Assembly (NCBI GenBank): GCA_046761065.1 | Contig: JBHIFL010000113.1 | Coordinates: 1 to 11,121 of the forward strand | From: Candidatus Heimdallarchaeota archaeon | GTDB lineage: Archaea; Asgardarchaeota; Wukongarchaeia; Wukongarchaeales; JBHIFL01 | Length of the DNA: 11,121 nt | Direction of reading: 5' to 3' | Shown here: positions 7,622-11,121 of the stretch, one piece after another | Layout of the letters: every line of letters starts with the position of its first letter | How positions within the stretch are numbered: position 1 is the first letter of the stretch | Position numbers and translations under genes: made by a program | The notes under the pieces: generated by a model | What the model saw: the letters and a program-made list of their open reading frames with translations, nothing else | What the model was told of the DNA's origin: nothing | Databases searched by the model: none

Positions 7622-7660
7622 TTTGTATCAATCCCTTCACATTATTTATTTCCGTGTATG

Positions 7661-7717
7661 ACATAACGTAAGGGCTATGTGATGCCTTCTTAGAGAAAAC
7701 TAGAAGAACATGAACCC
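7661..7717 (-). other. Partial attC-like hairpin at the junction between the CPBP gene and the helicase remnant
   Basis: Minus strand reads GGGTTCATGT...ACATAGCCC-N4-GTTATGT, with one extra C in the first arm and an inner stem CTTCTAG/CTAAGAAG. The outer AAC core is missing. Confidence 0.3.
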
Positions 7718-8196
7718 GAATTGCGAATGAAATAAGGAATTTTCTGGGTTGGGTGAAGGATCGGGCACATCCGGACGGTCGAGCTTGGGAGGTGGCGGTA
7801 CTCACCTTTTACAGGGGACAAGAGCGGCTCTTGAGACAGAAGGTAGCAAGTGTATTGAATACCTATCCTCGGAGAGTGTTCAGATACTGGACGGGTGGAA
7901 AAGATCGTGTGCGCATAGAAGTTTGCACCGTTGATCGGTTTCAAGGTCATGAAGCCGATTATGTGATGCTTTCTCTTGTTCGAACAAACGCCGTGGGATT
8001 CTTGGACAGCCCAAATCGGCTAAATGTTGCATTAACCCGTGCACGTTACCAGTTAATGATATTTGGGCATCGTGCATTTTTCCAGAGAAAATATATGAGA
8101 GACCGTGCGAGGTTTTTGTACGATTTGGCTTGTGACGAAGTAGGGACACCAACCCATAGGCCCTATGCAACGAAAAAACATCGCAAACGTTCTTAG
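7714..8196 (+). pseudogene. C-terminal remnant (AAA_12 / RecA2 domain) of a UPF1/DNA2/NAM7-like SF1 helicase, 5'-truncated; called ORF 7753..8196
   Basis: VAVLTFYRGQ, CTVDRFQGHEADYVMLSLVR, GFLDSPNRLNVALTRAR (SF1 motifs IV-VI). No Walker A/B. The frame is open back to TGA 7711-7713 (TRIANEIRNFLGW), and no SD precedes GTG 7753. Confidence 0.85.
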
Positions 8197-8216
8197 CAAA
8201 AACGTGTAGGTGGAAA

Positions 8217-9425
8217 ATGGTGGATTACCCTCCGATACAGCTCAAACGGAAGGTAAAAGTTCAATGCCTTGATGTCTCGGCGATTATTTCTCGACCGGAT
8301 TCAAGAGAAGACCTCCTTATAGTGTTACGTTTTGGCGACGAAATGCTAAAAAGGAGTTCGGAATTCTCTCCAAGAACGGTTGCAACCAAGCTATTACCAG
8401 ACTTTCCAATTAATGCCGGTCAAAGACTCTTGCGACGTCTTGAAGACCTTGATCTTGTAACGCGAGCAAATGGATCTAGCGGGGAAACTTTCCTTCCTTG
8501 GGAAGACACAATGTATGTGTTGACACCAAAGGGGGAAGAAGCAATTAAAGAAAACCGCATATTCCTGCCTGAGCGGCATGAAATTCAGGTACGCTATATT
8601 GAAGACGTATTATTCCCTCAACGTGTAATCGGGATGCAATTAATAACCGAATCTTTAGCGGACGTGATCAGGGAAGATAGAGGCGATGAAGAAAGTCCAT
8701 CTGAGCAAGAAAGAGAAAAAGACATTTTTTACATACCTGAAACGCTGAAAGAAATCCAGGGTCGCGAAATCACGATATTGGAAGGGGAGAAACCCTATGT
8801 AGGACCTATAACCTTTGAGAAAATCGAAGAAAAGGCGAAATATCGTACCATTGAGCAACAAGCGATCATTACCCTAGTTTATGAGAGATGGAGAGAGCCA
8901 ATCCTTACCTTACAGGTGGGCCAACAGACCCATCTCTTGCCAGCGCCAAAAGTCCCGTATAGGGAGCTTTTTCGTTCTCTTCTACACCAGGAAGCCTTAT
9001 CATGGAATGACGAGATTGAAGCCGTCGAATGTCAGTATGATGAGCTAATTGATGAGGAGAAGCGAAACTTCAAGCGTGATTTTATGGTTAAGATGCCCCA
9101 ATTTAACGAACTGGGGGTTTTTGAACCGACTGTGTTAAGAGGAGTCGCTATTGCTCCAAAAACAAAGAATGATGCAGAACTCTGGGCGGACTTTCTGGTG
9201 AGGGAGGCCGTCCGAGATTATACGACAGAAAACGAGTATGCGAGGATCGTTGACAAAGTTAGGGAAAATTTCCACCGGTGGGAGAATCTCCGAATTCAAT
9301 CGATAGAAGAACTCATACAAGAAGAAAAACGAACCTTGAACAGGGATGGCGTGTTTTCCTCCCGATATTGGTTCTTGCAAACCCCTCAGGATCTACAAAT
9401 AGTGTTAAAGGAGGAGAAAGCTTGA
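8217..9425 (+). CDS. Uncharacterised acidic 402-aa protein with a probable N-terminal winged helix; middle gene of the helicase-X-PLD unit
   Basis: Long ORF with AGGTGG SD, 20 nt after the helicase stop. RLLRRLEDLDLV...YVLTPKGEEAI is wHTH-like. Its stop overlaps the next start. Confidence 0.8.
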   Translation: MVDYPPIQLKRKVKVQCLDVSAIISRPDSREDLLIVLRFGDEMLKRSSEFSPRTVATKLLPDFPINAGQRLLRRLEDLDLVTRANGSSGETFLPWEDTMYVLTPKGEEAIKENRIFLPERHEIQVRYIEDVLFPQRVIGMQLITESLADVIREDRGDEESPSEQEREKDIFYIPETLKEIQGREITILEGEKPYVGPITFEKIEEKAKYRTIEQQAIITLVYERWREPILTLQVGQQTHLLPAPKVPYRELFRSLLHQEALSWNDEIEAVECQYDELIDEEKRNFKRDFMVKMPQFNELGVFEPTVLRGVAIAPKTKNDAELWADFLVREAVRDYTTENEYARIVDKVRENFHRWENLRIQSIEELIQEEKRTLNRDGVFSSRYWFLQTPQDLQIVLKEEKA

Positions 9426-10942
9426 TCTTCGAGGAAACCACAAAAGAAGTGGTCCATGATTATTCTGAGGATATCATCGAAAATGTCTGGTCTTTGCGAA
9501 GCCGAATAGGTTCTTCAACGCAGGTCAAAGAAAGTGAAGGAGATGGAGTGTGGTCTACAGGGGATCGGGGGGTATTTCGTAGCGTCCTCGTTTCAGCGAT
9601 TGGAAGAGCTCATGAAGTCGTCTGCATATCATCATTTCTTATGGGGGAAGAAGAGATAGAGCGGGCATTGCTCAGCGCAGTTGCTCGTGGCGTGCGAGTT
9701 TATATTCTTTCCGTACCTGATGTCATCTTAGATCGTGAAGAAGCAATAATGGGCGAAGAAGAGAGAGTAGACGAGCGGGCAGAAGAGTATAAAGCATTTT
9801 TAAACCACATAGCAGGAAAAATGTTGTTAAGGGCGGCAAGTCATTTCCACAGTAAATTCCTTTTGGTTGACCTGAAGGACTCAAGTCACATGGAGGGATA
9901 CCTAAGCACTGCTAATTTCAATAAGGCTCTTGTCGAAGGTGTAGAACTTGGAGTTCGCTTGACACCATCAGAGATTCATGGTGTTTTCCAGCAGTTTGTG
10001 CGTGGGTTCTGGGTCGAGGCTTCTCAAGAACTCCGTCATAAAGGGCGATTGAGCCCTGTATCTTCCCATCCAAAGGATCTAGCGATCCCTACAAAGGTTG
10101 ACGGGGTCCTGACAACCATTGCAAGCCGTAATTCAGACATCAAGACACTCCAAGAGGGGATAGTAGAATTTTTAGAACAGACGGAAGGCCCAGTTTACCT
10201 TTCGATGTTTGGGTTTGAAGAAGGGCATGCGGTATTGAGCGCGATCACAAACCACGCGAAGGAACGGGAGATTACCGTGCTTACGCGGCTTCGGCCAAGT
10301 TTTCGTCAAATTCGCGCTCTTAATGAGCTTGTGGATGCAGGAGTAACTATCCTTGGACATGAACGCCTTCATGCCAAGGCGATTGTAAGCAAAATGCAGG
10401 GGGAACCTGTTGCGCTGGTAATGACAGCCAATCTTCAATCGCGAGGAATGGATGAGGGATATGAAACCGGGGTTTTATTAAGAGGAAGGCGAGCCCAAAG
10501 AGTGGAAGAGATATTGAATCAGTGGACAGAAGAATTTCCATGGATCTTTCAAGGAGAAGCGAAACTTGGTGAGCTTCTGGGGCCCATATGGCTTAGTATT
10601 GAAAATAACTTTACGAAGACAGCAGTTGAGGAAGAGAAAACGATCGATGGAGGAGTTATACTCATTAAGTCGCTCGACATAGATCCAGTTAAAATGATTC
10701 CAGAAAGAAGAACGAGGTCAAAAGACGAATTCTATCACAGGGTCAAGGTGACTTACCACTTAAAGCCTCCCTTAGTACCGGCAATGACTAAACGAATAAA
10801 TGATGACGTATCTCCACTTCCGCTGTATAAAACAGATAAAAACACGTTTATAGCAGTAAAGAATGAAAAAGAGCTTCAATCTGCGATTTGGTTAAAAGAC
10901 CAAAGATATCCTAATGCCCTGATAGTAGTTGAAGGTAAGTAA
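9422..10942 (+). CDS. Phospholipase D-like nuclease with two HKD domains (506 aa from TTG 9422)
   Basis: HSKFLLVD (9848-9871) with STANF and ELGV; HAKAIVSK (10370-10393) with MTANL and ETGV. No signal peptide or TM segment is evident. Start reassigned to TTG 9422 because AAGGAGGAG lies at 9408-9416 and TTGA overlaps the upstream stop. Confidence 0.9.
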   Translation: MIFEETTKEVVHDYSEDIIENVWSLRSRIGSSTQVKESEGDGVWSTGDRGVFRSVLVSAIGRAHEVVCISSFLMGEEEIERALLSAVARGVRVYILSVPDVILDREEAIMGEEERVDERAEEYKAFLNHIAGKMLLRAASHFHSKFLLVDLKDSSHMEGYLSTANFNKALVEGVELGVRLTPSEIHGVFQQFVRGFWVEASQELRHKGRLSPVSSHPKDLAIPTKVDGVLTTIASRNSDIKTLQEGIVEFLEQTEGPVYLSMFGFEEGHAVLSAITNHAKEREITVLTRLRPSFRQIRALNELVDAGVTILGHERLHAKAIVSKMQGEPVALVMTANLQSRGMDEGYETGVLLRGRRAQRVEEILNQWTEEFPWIFQGEAKLGELLGPIWLSIENNFTKTAVEEEKTIDGGVILIKSLDIDPVKMIPERRTRSKDEFYHRVKVTYHLKPPLVPAMTKRINDDVSPLPLYKTDKNTFIAVKNEKELQSAIWLKDQRYPNALIVVEGK

Positions 10943-10947
10943 TTGTG

Positions 10948-10987
10948 TTGCAAAAAGATTTCCTCCGCTACCTACTCCTTTTTGTAA
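10948..10987 (+). terminator. Inverted repeat after the PLD gene, possible terminator
   Basis: TTGCAAAAAG (10948-10957) and CTTTTTGTAA (10978-10987) match at 9/10 positions. Confidence 0.35.
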
Positions 10988-11041
10988 TAAGATTATGTAG
11001 TGGATATTAAGCTTGAAGCCAGAATCCGCGGAGGAGGTGCA

Positions 11042-11121
11042 GTGGAGGAGACGCCACTATATCTTCGCTTCTATTTTTGGACAAAATCTAAACAGAACCA
11101 ACCAGGCAGGAGCGAGCTTTT
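11042..11121 (+). CDS. 5' end of a downstream gene (partial), MEETPLYLRFYFWTKSKQNQPGRSEL...
   Basis: GTG preceded by a strong SD (GGAGGAGGTG, 11030-11039). The frame stays open to the window end. Confidence 0.45.
   Translation, partial: MEETPLYLRFYFWTKSKQNQPGRSEL

Noticed and set aside
7753-7755. GTG 7753 as a genuine start of an intact 147-aa gene
   Set aside because: No SD, helicase-like sequence continues upstream in frame, and the ATPase half is missing.
9278-9421. Track start of the PLD ORF at 9278
   Set aside because: It implies a 148-nt overlap with the upstream gene. TTG 9422 has a strong SD and a 4-nt stop/start overlap.
5727-10541. Remaining alternative-frame ORFs (5727-5924, 6354-6542, 7272-7454, 7605-7805, 7690-7950, 7749-7934, 7880-8170, 8394-8579, 8655-8861, 9135-9380, 10172-10438, 10347-10541)
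   Set aside because: They overlap better-supported genes and have no recognisable motifs.
1460-10942. Assignment to DISARM, Dpd or Druantia
   Set aside because: No methyltransferase, SNF2 helicase, DpdA/B or other Dru genes in the window. The PLD is coupled to the SF1 unit, not to the DUF1998 helicase.
1-11121. CRISPR array, tRNA/rRNA, IS or transposase
   Set aside because: No regularly spaced repeats, cloverleaf or rRNA signatures, or DDE/HUH/recombinase motifs were seen by eye.

Overview
Mosaic, defence-island-like window, probably archaeal (BRE/TATA-like promoters, GGAGGTG-type SD; host not provable from this window). In order: the 3' end of an upstream gene; a two-domain BglII/BstYI/BamHI-fold restriction endonuclease whose C-terminus is broken by two apparent 1-nt frameshifts; a 1080-aa YprA/MrfA/Hrq1-type SF2 helicase with DUF1998 Cys4, unusually fused to a PD-(D/E)XK-type nuclease and an OB-fold; a divergent Fe-S uracil-DNA-glycosylase-superfamily protein; a YaaA/DUF328-like domain fused to a RelE/ParE toxin domain; an antisense, C-terminally incomplete CPBP (CAAX/Abi) membrane protease flanked by two attC-like hairpins; a three-gene unit (5'-truncated UPF1/DNA2-like SF1 helicase remnant, winged-helix-like 402-aa protein, translationally coupled double-HKD PLD nuclease) reminiscent of Mokosh; and the start of a further ORF. 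No CRISPR array, tRNA, rRNA, integrase, transposase or methyltransferase was seen. All family calls are from motif recognition by eye, not database searches.
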